Source: Geosiphon pyriformis uo1
Lineage: Eukaryota > Fungi > Glomeromycota
NCBI GenBank assembly: GCA_016748015.1
Contig: JAAOMT010000480.1
Coordinates: forward strand, 496,001 to 560,000
Length of the DNA stretch: 64,000 bases
Direction: 5' to 3'
Part shown: positions 12,568 through 24,971 of the stretch, piece by piece
Position numbering within the stretch: the stretch's first letter is position 1
Layout of the letters: each line of letters begins with the position of its first letter
Notes under the pieces: generated by a model
Databases searched by the model: none
What the model saw: the letters and a program-made list of their open reading frames with translations, nothing else
What the model was told of the DNA's origin: nothing
Made by a program: the position numbers and the translations under genes

Positions 12568-15500
12568 TTATGCTTCGATCTCGGGTAAATATTCAGAATC
12601 AATTTTCTCAGAGGCGTTATAATTTGGCTGATTTTTTTTCTGGAAATGCAATACACCATGATATAAGCGAACTATTATCGTATGAAAAATAAAAACTCCA
12701 CTCGAGCAAATTGTGATTAGCGTGACTATATCATGTATAATCGTATTCTGCCAATAGTAAATCTGCATAAAATATGAAATTGGAATGATTTTAATTTTTA
12801 AGTTGGGGAATGATTAAAAATTAGAATATTGTATACATAAAAAAATCTTTTTAATTACCTTTATAATAAATTGTGGTATATCTTCAATAAATAAAGTGAC
12901 CACGCTTATAATATATATTACTAATTCGCCATGTTTAGAAAAGGTAGCTGAGAATATTTGAAGCCCAGCTATCCGAGAGGATAAAATATGAAGGATCTCA
13001 ATATTAGTACTAGCGAAGAGCGTAGAAATTGCCGCGACATGAGGATACTAAATATATAAATATAGATATATATAAGGTTAAAAAAGAACAAACTGAACTC
13101 GAAATTTAAAAAATTGCTTACATTGCGAAACCACGAATTAAACTGGTCATTATTAGAATTCTCAGAGAGAATAATATAAAAAGCACTCAAACAATTAACA
13201 ATAGTTGGTATAACTATTGTTAAAAGGCTTCATATAAGGTGTTTTAAGTTAGAGTTTTTTCATCCTTTTTCCTCTAATTTTGAAAAAAATTAAAAAATAC
13301 CTTGGGATAAAAAGTTTGGGAAGATCTTTTCCGTTTCTTATTAAAAAGACGAAGTCAAAGATAAAATCTTGGATAACTAGAATAATAGTGATTATAAACA
13401 TGTTTCTTCCCTAAATTAAATTTTTTTTTAACTTTTTAATACTTTTTATGATTTTTTAAATAATAAAGCTTTTCATCCCTTACCTGTTTATTAAGATGCC
13501 GAGCGTAAAAGTATATGGCCATAAGAATTATACCGGAACCCAATGCAATAAAGAGAGTAAATTTATACTTATCCCATAAGTCGACTATAGAAAAAGTTCA
13601 ATTATTATGAATCTTTAATATAAATCATTCTATTTTTAAAGCATAACGACCCGTTTTCTTTTACCTGTTTCTTGAAATCCATATGTGCCATCAATCCATG
13701 AAGTATAATTTTCCATGGAAAATCTTGTAAAATCTCTATTCTTAATAAGACTGTTCAAATTTTTGGCAGTGATATCAACGCTATTATCAGAATGGCTCCT
13801 TCCTGGCGAAATATTAATGCGAAGCAATATTTGTTTTGATGCTGGGTCGACTTGAAAATGTCTTTTTATATTAATCATGGAGGGATTGACCGGAATGATA
13901 TGTGCAATTTTAGTTTCAAAGTCATTAAAGAAATTTGCTGAATCATTTTTTATTGCTGCTTTAAAGGCAGGGGTCGAATCCATAGTTAATCTAATCAGAC
14001 CAGAGGTTGCTTTATTTCAAGGGTATTAAAGAAATTTATCAAGTGAGCGATTTGAATTAATTAATCAGTCATATTATTTTTTAATTAAACTAAATAACAT
14101 ACCCGAGTTATGATATTCATTACCAAGATCTAAATTAAAATTAAGAAATTAGTTATATTTTTAAATTTGAAAAATCAATTTATGCTTTCAAAAATACATA
14201 CCGACTCCAGTGTAAAAAAACCAATTTCCTTCCGAGATTCCTATAAATGGCTCATCAGAAATGGCTGCTCGAACAAAACCAATATCAATAATAACCAAGT
14301 ATGTGGTATTTGGTATGTTGAGTGTACTATCTAATAAAGGAATCGATATTGTGTTTCCATTGAGCGTTGTTTGAAAATTCCGGTCTAATCCTGAGCATGT
14401 TTGTCGTAAAATTAGTCCTATACTTGTATTTTGGTAGATTGAAATATTCTTTGTTGAGAGTAGAATTGAATCTTCATAAGTGATATTTATGTGAGTTAAC
14501 GTTGATGACAGCACAATTTCTCCTATTTTCGGTACTGTTTTCAGTATATTTGGATTTTCATATCCTTTATCAGCGTCTGCCAAATAAAAAAAAAGATTTA
14601 ATCAATTCTAAGAATCATTTAGAAGCCTAACTATCCAGCCAAAACCCTAATTTTGAACTTACCTTTTACTTTGATCCTGGAAAATTCTTTTGTAATGATA
14701 CTCCACTTTCCATCAGTTATATTACTCCTTCTAAGACCCCAAGCGATATTTTCCTCAGCAAAATAGCCGTATATGCTGGTTAAAAAATCAAGGTTCCACA
14801 TCTGAATAAAGTCTCCATTTTGATTTAATATTTCGCCGCCAATCAAGGGTTTTCCTTCAACTGTAACCGTTCGAAAAGCGACAAAACCCCCATAAAATAA
14901 GGGTAGGAAGTAGAAATTAACATATTCACTCTTGATGTCGATTTCTAATTGTCGGATAGCAGTAATGGTACCCTGAGAACCAAAACTGATACCCGTCACA
15001 GTGGAATTTTCTTGCTGACTTGTTTCTTTTAATTGTTCAATTAAAAAAAGACACCCATTTCCTGAGCCATCCCAAACATTACCGCAACCAGTGTTGATTA
15101 TGTTAATAGATGTAAGAGGAGTTTGATATAAAATAATTAGTTTCGATGATATTGGCCTTGACTTTGAGAGAAATGATACGTATGAGATCCAGCGTGGGAT
15201 TGTGAAGTTAATAGTTTGATTGAGGTTATCAATTTCATTTTTAATTAAAATGACACAAGCGAAGCCACCACTCGAGATACTGATGGGAAAAAAACTTTTT
15301 AGGGTTTCTAGATTTGTCTGCGAATAAAAAATGCCTTGACCATCATCGTAGACTCGACCGTATATATCCCTTTTATCGTGAGCAAAAATTATCTAATATT
15401 AAATTGATAAAAATTTCTTTATGAATTTTATTCAAATTGAACTTACGGATAACTAAATCTTTTCCAAGCTAAAGTTCCGTTGAGAAATTGATAGGCTCGT

Positions 15501-16092
15501 AAAATTCCATCTTCTTTAAATAATCCATTCACTACTTTAGATCCAGCTATTATGCCATCACCAAGACTAAAAGTACTGCAATCAAAGAATAAAATATTTA
15601 ATTAATATGAAGAAAAAATAAACTTCCAACCATTTACCTTTTAAAATTTCCCCAAAAATCTAAAACTTGACCTTTTAGTTCATAAATTCCTTCAGAGGAT
15701 GGTTTCTCGAAAATATTCAAATAATATATAATAATAAACTCTTTTGTCAAGGCTGAAACATTTATTGCTGCTTTGTTACAATAAGTGTATTCATTAAAAG
15801 GAAAATCAAAATCAAATGCACGAACTGTGCTGTTTTTAAAAATAATTCTTAAATGCATTTTCGGTTTGTCAGGAAAAATACATTCATAAGAGGCATTTCC
15901 TTTGACCATTCTGATTAAAATTGGTCCATAATCATTTTCGTAACTTTCCCAGATTTTGAGATCGTTTTCTTCTTCCGTATATTCAAGACTTTGGTATACT
16001 TCGGCATATGCAAACAAAAGGGAGCTCAATAAAAGTGAATGAAGTATAATATAACATTGAAATTTAGAAATTCGAAATCTCCAAAGCATCAT
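12568..16092 (-). CDS. Large membrane protein: signal peptide, long ectodomain with an Ig-like segment, ~6 C-terminal TM helices. 11 exons: 16092-15638, 15575-15447, 15392-14663, 14576-14202, 14129-14103, 14009-13665, 13584-13484, 13410-13301, 13227-13122, 13047-12859, 12762-12568
   Basis: Canonical GT/AG junctions link ORFs 15634-16092, 14631-14999, 14188-14583, 13636-13983, 12969-13190 and 12568-12768. Hydrophobic N-terminus (IILHSLLLSSLLFAYA). TM region with DFIFDFVFL, NSWFRNYPHVAAISTLFASTNIEIL and FIEDIPQFII, which I recall from a family expanded in Glomeromycota. Confidence 0.85.
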
Positions 16093-17195
16093 GGCAAAAT
16101 CTTCTACTGAGACGAGTGGCTGTAAAAAACATCGCTTGGCATTTTGTTAACTACAATTTTTAATTGATCAGCTTTTGTGCGGGGTTACACTACCGTTTGG
16201 CCGGAATAGCGAAATTTTTAAAGTTTGCAAATTGTTTTATGAATTTGATTTTCATTAACTGATTTTTCATGTCAATAGGTCGAGAAAACTAAATATTTGA
16301 TTCCTAAATAGGATGTTATTATAGTACACAATGGTTTTTTAGCAATATTAAATAAAGCCTTGAGTTCGAAAACGCAGGTACCAAACAAAATTGAAATCTA
16401 GACAAATTATCTAATATTGCCTGCATACTTTGTAAGACAGTTATTATAATTTAAGATTTTGATTATTATATGATTATATTTTATCGGTCCAAATATAAAT
16501 TTTAATAAATTCAATACCGCATTAAGTGGTCTTTTATTTGTAAATGGGAGAAAAATCAAAGCCTTTGTAAAAAAAAAAAGAAAAAGGTATGGACATTGTA
16601 AACAAATATTTTAATTAAAATTTTAATTTAAAAAGTTTGTCTTAATGTTAATTAGTATAGCATATCAAATTTAAAGAGATTAATAAGTTTTCAATTGAAT
16701 ATATGTCAATAATATATTTCAATTGAATCTAATAAATTTATTTCTCATTATAATGATAATTACCGAATTTCATTTAAAATAACATTTATAATTTATACTT
16801 CAAGTTGATTCTTGATAATAAAAATTTTGTTGTAGCATTTTCTTTAACAAGTTTAATGCTAGAGATAATTCATTAAACCTTTGGGTAAAAATTATGGCAT
16901 TATATATAAAAGCAAGTCAAAATAAATAATCCTGCTTTAATCCTAATATATAATTAAAATTTAAAAAAAAAGTTATTTATATGTTTCAGTTAGGAATAGT
17001 CCTAATGGCGTTTACCTTTGTGTTTGTTATTGAGTTTTAGATGACTATGTATTAATTTGGAGGTTTTTTTTAAAACGTTTTAAATTATATAAGCCAAAAG
17101 TGCTGAATGAAGGCTTCTAAAATTTTAATTTGGTGATATATCATGACGATGATGGTCAAGTGAAGACAATGTTCAATACAAATACTCTACAACCT

Positions 17196-17327
17196 TTACA
17201 TAATCGAGCATTGACCATTGCCGTTACCATCAGCTGGGTCACTAGTCGGTCCTTTGATAGAGCCGTTGGCAAGAAGGATTATTGATAGTGGATTGAAAGT
17301 GGATTGATTGTTTGTTGTTGGTTGCAT
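17196..17327 (-). CDS. 43-aa CaaX peptide MQPTTNNQSTFNPLSIILLANGSIKGPTSDPADGNGNGQCSIM; candidate a-factor-type lipopeptide pheromone precursor
   Basis: Hand translation (44 codons including TAA); C-terminal CSIM farnesylation box; A-rich start context (AAAAAATG); GC-richer than flanks; TATAAAA ~97 nt upstream. Confidence 0.62.
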   Translation of the reverse strand: MQPTTNNQSTFNPLSIILLANGSIKGPTSDPADGNGNGQCSIM

Positions 17328-17423
17328 TTTTTCAAATTATTTGATTTGCTTTCAAAAGTTATTGGTTTGTGTGCTTTTTTTCCCTAATTATTTTTATTAG
17401 ATAGATTGCGAAGACACGTCCAG

Positions 17424-17430
17424 TTTTATA
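17424..17430 (-). promoter_or_regulatory. Putative TATA box of the CaaX peptide gene
   Basis: TATAAAA on the minus strand ~97 nt upstream of ATG 17327; AT-rich background lowers specificity. Confidence 0.4.
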
Positions 17431-18280
17431 AAAAAAAAATCATAGTTATCTCCTTAAAAACCTATAATTTCAAATAATAACTTATTGTCCCGTTGTATCA
17501 TGATTTTAGCAAACATATTGTATTGTTAACATTCAAAAATATTGTTATTTAATTATCACTTATATTAAAAATCAGGCATTAAAGGATTTTTTTATGTTCA
17601 TGTGAGTTAGACATGCATGAACTCATGATTTAATAAAAAGATTTTCATTAAAACATGACACTGTTTTACAGAGTTTCAGGATTATGCTAAAAGCGTTTCC
17701 TAAATTTCCCTTCTCCAATTTCTAATGATAATCATTCTATGGTTTCAATAAGTTTGTAAAAAATAGTATATATCCAATGCGATATCTAAATATATTGTTC
17801 TTTATTTATTTAAATCCAAGAATTAATCGGAATAAGATCTAAAAAGTACCTTTGACGCTAAAGAAAGGTATTTTTTTTTAGTTTAAGTGGTATTTATTTT
17901 GTTAGAATAATTTTTTTTATTTCAAAAGAAAAAATATATTTCCTAATATGCAATAATTGGAGACTTTTTATAAGATTTATCTAATGAAATAAAATAATAG
18001 AGTTTTCAAAAAACAAAATCATTTTTAGCTTTTAAAATTTTTTAATCGGCTTTCGTTTTTTAGAGCCAAGGTAAATCATCTTTAATGAATGCTAAATATT
18101 AATTTCCGCTAGCTTACTTTAAGTAACTATGAAAACCGGTTTAACTATCTTTGCTTTAGTTAAAAGGAAAATATTTTTTTGTTAAGCCTACTATCCCATA
18201 TTTAATTTATACCCTTACCTTTTATAATTTGATTTTTCATTTCTTATTATTATTAAATAAATATTATGCATATCTTGCAG

Positions 18281-18588
18281 GGAATTACATGTACAAATGT
18301 CCTGAAAAGGATATGATGAATTTTGTAACACCATGTGTAAACGGCGCCATGGTCCCGAGTAAAACCGGTTTATTAAGTAATTATTTTGATTATGACAAAA
18401 TTTCATGTATTCCCTCCCTTATCAATTTACACTACATATCTTTAAGGACTTAAAAAGGTTTTAAATGGTAAACAAACGTTAGTTTATTAATTTTTTGGCA
18501 GGAACCAACTTGGATAAATTTTTTGACCCAAGAACTTGGGATAAAGATGCTTATGATGATGATGATCATCATAAGCATCTTCTTCATT

Positions 18589-18656
<68 letters not shown>

Positions 18657-18680
18657 CATCATCATCATGGAATGAATTAA
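18281..18680 (+). CDS. Possible small spliced gene with acidic and poly-His C-terminus (exons 18281-18376, 18502-18680; 5' end uncertain)
   Basis: TTGCAG acceptor, A|GTAATT donor and TTTTGGCAG acceptor are all phase 1, giving MYKCPEKDMMNFVTPCVNGAMVPSKTGLLRTNLDKFFDPRTWDKDAYDDDDHHKH...HHHHGMN. Confidence 0.4.
18587..18667 (+). repeat. (CAT)n microsatellite, possibly encoding poly-His
   Basis: Direct read. Confidence 0.95.
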
Positions 18681-19248
18681 ATGTCTTTTTCAGTTAGACA
18701 CTATCGGCTTCTTTAATCAAGAGAACAATTCTTTTAATTTGAGAAATCTGCACTTTTTACCTATAGTAACTATAAAGGAAAGAAACATTTGAATCAGAAA
18801 ATAAAACTAAAATAATTTTGCTAAATTCAAAGCTCTTTAAATTACGCCTTAGTGGATAAAGCTTATGTTTTAGAAAAATTATTTTGAGCTCAATTAAGCA
18901 AGAAAAAATTATCGTTTTCTCCACATTTTTAAATCATATTTGAATTTTTGCAGCCTATTCTAGAATGTGTTGTCATAATCATTTACATTTAAAAATTTCA
19001 GTCAAATTTCAAGAAAACCACAGTGCATAATCATGATTGAAAATTTTCCGATGAAAGAAAATTCTATTTGAAATAAGAAAGGAATTTCAACAATTCAATG
19101 ATTAAACAATAGGAAAAATTATCTTTGATCGCTAATATTTAAAACGTGTATGCATCAAATATCCATGTTTTAATTTAATTCAAAAACAAACAAATAAAAA
19201 TTTAAAAGTGGCGTTGCCATATGTTTTTGTGAATTAAATCAGGTTGTA

Positions 19249-19249
<1 letters not shown>

Positions 19250-19311
<62 letters not shown>
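19250..19311. repeat. Poly-A tract
   Basis: Direct read. Confidence 0.9.
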
Positions 19312-19313
<2 letters not shown>

Positions 19314-19537
19314 CTCGAATTTCACAGGTTACGCATAGGTGACGTTAATTTTGGCTAATATTTCAAAAAAATATTTCTAACTTTGATTTTTTCTTCACTT
19401 TGATTTTTTTTTCATCATTATGTGAACACACATTTAAAAATTTATTTCAAAGAAAAAATTGTTCAGATTCAACTTTTTTATTTTAAAATAATTTACCATA
19501 AATAATTTTCACAAAAAAATCTTTTAATTTACATTAA

Positions 19538-19575
<38 letters not shown>

Positions 19576-20517
19576 AAGTTATTCATTATTCTTGAGAAAA
19601 AAGTAAATTGCAAAGGCAATCAAAACTAAAGTTTAAAATTTAAAAGAAATTGATTATTACATAACAAAATCTTTGAGATTTTGGTGTTAATTTTAGAATT
19701 TTAAAATAAAATTCCTTTAAAAAATTTATCTTTGATAATTTTAGCATCTCATTCCCTTTACGATCTACATATCCTGTGCAGAGATCTCGTCCACCAATAA
19801 AATGTTTATCCGAGAGGCATATACACATGCGAATATTGGAAGGAACGCAAAACCAAAATGCACCATTTATGAGACCTGGTATTTACTTGAACCACTAAAA
19901 AACTAAAAAATTAAACCCCTTTTTATATTAGCTATATATGGAGATGATAAGAAAACAAGTAATCAATTTAAAATGTTTTCATTCTATAGACTTTCTTAAA
20001 CCTTGTTTGAGTTGGGAGATTCGAGCCTATATTTTCTTCATTCTGATAGAGACTGTTCTTGCTCTTTCAAAAAAAAAAAGAAAAGATTCAAATAAAATCT
20101 TCTTGTTTTAAAGAATTTGAAAAGCCGAACGTTAATTTTGATTCATTTTAAAAAAAAAATCTGATATTGTTTGTATTTTTATTTAATGTTGAAATTATGG
20201 CTCGGAAAGTTTATTCCAAATAAAGTTATAATATATTAAATGCAACTCTATTTGATTTTAAAAATCAGAGAACCTGCAGAAGAACTCGGTCCAGGAGATT
20301 TGAGATCGGGATCTTTCCCAGTTAAACAAAGAAAATGGTTTACAAAAAGGTTTCACAAGAATTTTAATGTTCAAAATTTTTATTTTTTATTAAGTTATTT
20401 TATCCAGGTTTAAAATGTACGCAAAAAACTATAAAATAAGTCTTCAAATTTCATCTCTTTTTTGAAGACACAAATTCACTTTCTTCCACTGTCACTTTCC
20501 CCGATTTCTGAAGCATA

Positions 20518-21517
20518 ATGTTTTCTAAACGACATCATGTTACTACCGCTTGTCTAAACTGCCGCGAAAGAAAAGCGAAATGCACCGGCAAACCACATTG
20601 TCAACGTTGCTTTAAAAATAAACTCCAATGCATATTTGTTCAGCCATGCAAAAAAAGGGGTCCCCCGAAAGTCAAGCATGGCAATGAATTTATTGAATCC
20701 GCACGTACTAGGGCTCAAAGAATTGCTCGAAGCTTAACCTTGCCTAGCCTTTCAGAAGTGTCTTGGTCAAGTCAAAATGAATTTTTTATGGATTCAAGGG
20801 GATCATATTTTTCAAAGTTAAACACAAGCGATCAAATCCCTCGGTTCCCCCCGCTTTCGAATGATATTCTTTCATCCGCTGAGACAAAGAATCCTGTGCT
20901 ACGTAATAATGAATTTCAGTCACGTGCTTCATCTATAGAAAGTTTGAATAAATTTAATGGTAAGAAAAATTTTTAAAAAAGAATTTGTTGTTTATAAAAA
21001 CTCTTAATAATTTTTGCATGTTTCTTCTTATGCAGAAAGTTTACGCTATCAAGATTCATTTGATATTTTCCTGGATTCTGATTTTGATAATCACACCCTC
21101 TCCAACCAACAAAGTGAATTTTCTCAGTCCTTCCCACATTCAGTATATTTACCAATACCGACCAAAATTCTCGACTCAAAACATGTTGAGCTTCAATCAA
21201 CAGCGAAATATCTTAGCAATGACACAGGGCTCAGACACGATTGCAGTGTTAATTTTGACACTTTTTCATCCCCTTCACAATCTCCTGTTTCCCCCGTAGA
21301 TCATTGCTTACAAAGCCCAAGTAATGCACAAATTTCTCGTCCCCTGTCCCAATCTCCGCAATCAAAATTTAATTGGAATTTACCAAGTTTTGGACAAAAT
21401 TACAAGAAAGTCGAAGGGCAACAACAAAATTGGCCTTGCTGTGGCCCTAACGAATATGAAAACCTGTCTAATACCTTTGTGTTTGCACCAATATGGCGAC
21501 CAAAGGAGAAATTTTAA
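20518..21517 (+). CDS. Zn(II)2Cys6 (GAL4-type) zinc-cluster transcription factor; exons 20518-20959 and 21036-21517
   Basis: ACLNCRERKAKCTGKPHCQRCFKNKLQC followed by KKRGP. A phase-1 intron (G|GTAAG...TGCAG) joins it to ORF 21014-21517; the C-terminus is Ser/Pro-rich. Confidence 0.92.
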
Positions 21518-23129
21518 AACTTATTAACTTGCTATTCTTATTTTCTATTGATTTTTTTCTACCCAAAAAACTCGCTTCGACCTCTTTTTCTTTTCTCTTT
21601 TCGTTCTTTTCTTCGACCAAAATTTAAGATCTTTCTTTTTTAAGATTTTTTGATTTTATCGCCTAAAAAATTAAGAATTTATGAAATCGCATTCAAGTTG
21701 TATGGTTGTTTATAATTAAGCTTACGATCTCTTTTATAAGCATCATTTGATTTAAGAATTTATGCAAAAAGACAAAAAAAATTAAATTACTAGGCCTGGT
21801 GCAATACTATTTTTAAAACCTTTAAATATATTAGCTTACGAAATTTCTCAACTCAAAATTTGGCACAATAAAGATGAATATTTTTTAGTTGTATTAAGTA
21901 AACACTTGGCATTTTTTTAGACAGTTTCGAAAACCTATATTACAATTCTTTGAAAAAAAAATTGAAATTCCAAAAAAAACCCATTTCAAAAAATATAGTT
22001 TCTAACTAAGAGTGTTTTATAAAACCAATTTTTTGCTGCTGTAGGATTCGAATTCAAAGGAAATAAATGTTTCAGATTCAATTTATATCTTTCTTGAAAT
22101 GATAATCAGTAGTTTCTTATAAATTTATTGCTTCTTAAAAAATTCTTGATCCCAGAAAAACGGAATTAAATAAATATTGGTTTGAAAAGTAATATTTTTT
22201 ATTTACAATCAATAATGAAATTTATTACAGCCAACCAGAATAGCGTAAAAATGACAAAATGATAATGTGAAATAATAGGTTATATTTATTATTATTCTAA
22301 AGGCATTTTTTTTTATTATAATTTGAAATTATGGGATTTTTTGATCAATAAAACAAAATAAGTTAAATTGAATTTAATAATCTTTATAAGTAGAGCTTTA
22401 CTAAACTCATAATAATATATTATTAAGAATTAACTTTCAATTCTGTTAAAGTTGATATTTTCTAATTAATATTGTTTGAAAAATGTGTTAAATAAAATGA
22501 ATTAGATATCTTATATTTTTAAAAAAGTTTTCCATATTGTATTTCACATTTTCACAATAGAAAGAGATATTATTTATTTGTATTATTATATTCTTGTTCT
22601 CGGTTTATTTTTGGAAATTTTGAAACTTTAAAAAGTAATTGTAATAACATTGAAACTGTTTTTGGTGCATTTTTTGAATAAACTTTATTACCAGTTAAAA
22701 CAAAATAAATGCTGTTAAAACAATTTTTAATAAAGAAAAATATTAATATAATTATTTAATATTATATTGTAAAATCTCAAATTTTATTAAAAATGATCCA
22801 AGAACCAGTTTACAAAAATAATTCGAAACTCTTTAAAATTTTCTTATTTTTTACAAAAAACCATTAATAATTGATTTTAAATATATTTAATTTTTTTACC
22901 GATTTAAAAATGCTTTTTTAATACTTTACTAAAAACAATACTTTAATTAAATTTCAAAATTGTTTTTGAAATATCAAACAACAACTAATTAAAACTGTTA
23001 CTACTTATTTAAAAGAATTAAACAATAAAAATTTTTAAAATTTTTTTTTAAAATATTTATTGTTAAACTAAAAAACAAACTTATTTAAAAATTGGCTTTT
23101 CTTTATTTATTTTAACTAAGTATAATTTT

Positions 23130-24400
23130 ACTAAGTTTTATATTATTTTTATTCTTAAAAGTTAAACTATAGGTTTGGTTTATACATTTTTTACATGTAA
23201 TTAATCATTCAAATCCAAGTCAATAAATAGTCATCTATTTTTCATATAATTTGTCAATTTTACCAAAGTAATTAACAAATATTTGTTTAATTTATTTACA
23301 TATTTAATTTTCAGTTATATTTTGATAAAACTTAATATTATTATTTAACATATTTTATATGTTAAATATTTTTTTATACTTATCAATAATTAAACCAAAA
23401 TCTCTAAAACCACAATATTTTGTAAAATAAGCTTTGTATTTGTATTTGAATTAATTAAAATTTTTGAATACACTGATAATTAAATTAATTAAACATTATT
23501 TTTGAGTTTTTATAAAAGCAAAACAATTTTAAATATTTTTAATAAAATTTATCTTAAAGTCATCAAAATGTCAATTAAATCTACCAAAAATTTAAATTTT
23601 TATAACTATTAATAGAATCAAGCCAAAAATATTACACAACTTAAATTCCAAAAAAATCAATTTAGATTTATAGATATCTTTTTAACAAAAATAAAATTGA
23701 ATATTATTAAAAAAGTAACAACTTTAACATAAAATATAAAGCTAATAAAGTAATTACAAATATTTTAAGTATAACAAAAAACTTTAAAAAATTCTCTTAA
23801 AAAACCAAATAATTTAAATTTTAGTATTTATAACAATATTAATATTTAAAAGTTTTTTATTAAATATAATTTTTATACAAAATATTAATTTTAATAATTG
23901 TCGTATTAAAAAATTTTTTAAACTTAAAGATAATAATAATAATAACTTTTTTAATAATAAGTAATATTAAAAAATGAAAAATAAAACAAGTCTAATTGCC
24001 AATTTAAAAAAAAAATTAACTTATTTTTCAATATATTCAATAAACAACAATTTTTTTAATTAGTAAAAATATTTAATATTATTTTTTATTATTAAAACTG
24101 ACTAATAAACAAAAACAGCTTTAACTGTTTTTAAAAACTTAAAATATATAATAGTATATTGTTATAAATTAATAAATTTTAGCTTAATACTTGAAATTTT
24201 ATTGAAAACACATAAAGTATTTTTGATTTTATTAAAGCAAATACATATAAAAATATAATTCAAATTTATAATAACAAAAAAAATATTTTACAAAATAACA
24301 TATTTTAAATTAAAAATAATAATCTAAAAAATACCAAACAAATACTTTTTTTAAACATTTTAAAATAGTTGGTAGCAGTAGTTTTAAAAAAAAAAATGTT
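23130..24400 (-). mobile_element. Heavily decayed repeat copy 2, inverted homolog of 8300-9420
   Basis: By-eye alignment with the reverse complement of 8300-9420. Boundaries are approximate. Confidence 0.5.
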
Positions 24401-24673
24401 TTTTGTTTTTTGGCTTTTTGGTTTTTTTAGTTATCTGAATAATTATTAAAAAATAATATTTTGACTATTGGATTACTTTTAAAACTTTTTAAAATAATAA
24501 TAATTATATTATAATTGATCTTAATTAGTTGTTTAAAAAATACTTTGCATAAAAAAATGTTTTTTTAATAGTCAAAAACTAATAAAAGCAATAGAAAAAA
24601 AGAAAATATTTATTACTTTTTTGCTTTAATTGTAATTATAAAAAAACAAAAAACAAGTTTTTTTAGTTTTTAG

Positions 24674-24971
24674 TTTTTTTTAACAATTTATTAAATAAAG
24701 TTCAATTACTATCTAGTACATAGAACCAAACTAAGTGGCTTAAACTAAATACAATTTACACTTATATTATATGTAACTAGTTATTTAGACCAGACAAAAT
24801 AATACTATATACTTATACAAATATGTATATTATCACTCAAACCAAAAAAGAAAAAACATGATTTGTGTTTACCAAAATTAATAACAAAAGGCTTAATAAT
24901 ACTAAACAACCTAATCATTCTATCCAATAGCATAAACACCATATTACAAAACAGTTCAGATATTAAACTAC
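24674..24971 (-). mobile_element. LINE 3' end fragment (ORF2 C-terminus, 3' UTR, A-tail), cut by LTR element A1
   Basis: Its reverse complement matches the LINE 3' end at ~50650-50927 (atag tatta...aatt.cttagttt...tgtactag.tag) and ends in an A run. Confidence 0.75.

Noticed and set aside
12568-16092. Ste3/Ste2 pheromone receptor
   Set aside because: Large ectodomain, ~6 TM helices and no recognisable Ste3 motifs.
17480-17550. ATTGT(T) HMG-box sites upstream of the CaaX gene
   Set aside because: Too common in AT-rich DNA to support without conservation data.
18450-18668. Poly-Met ORF
   Set aside because: Reverse reading of the (CAT)n repeat.
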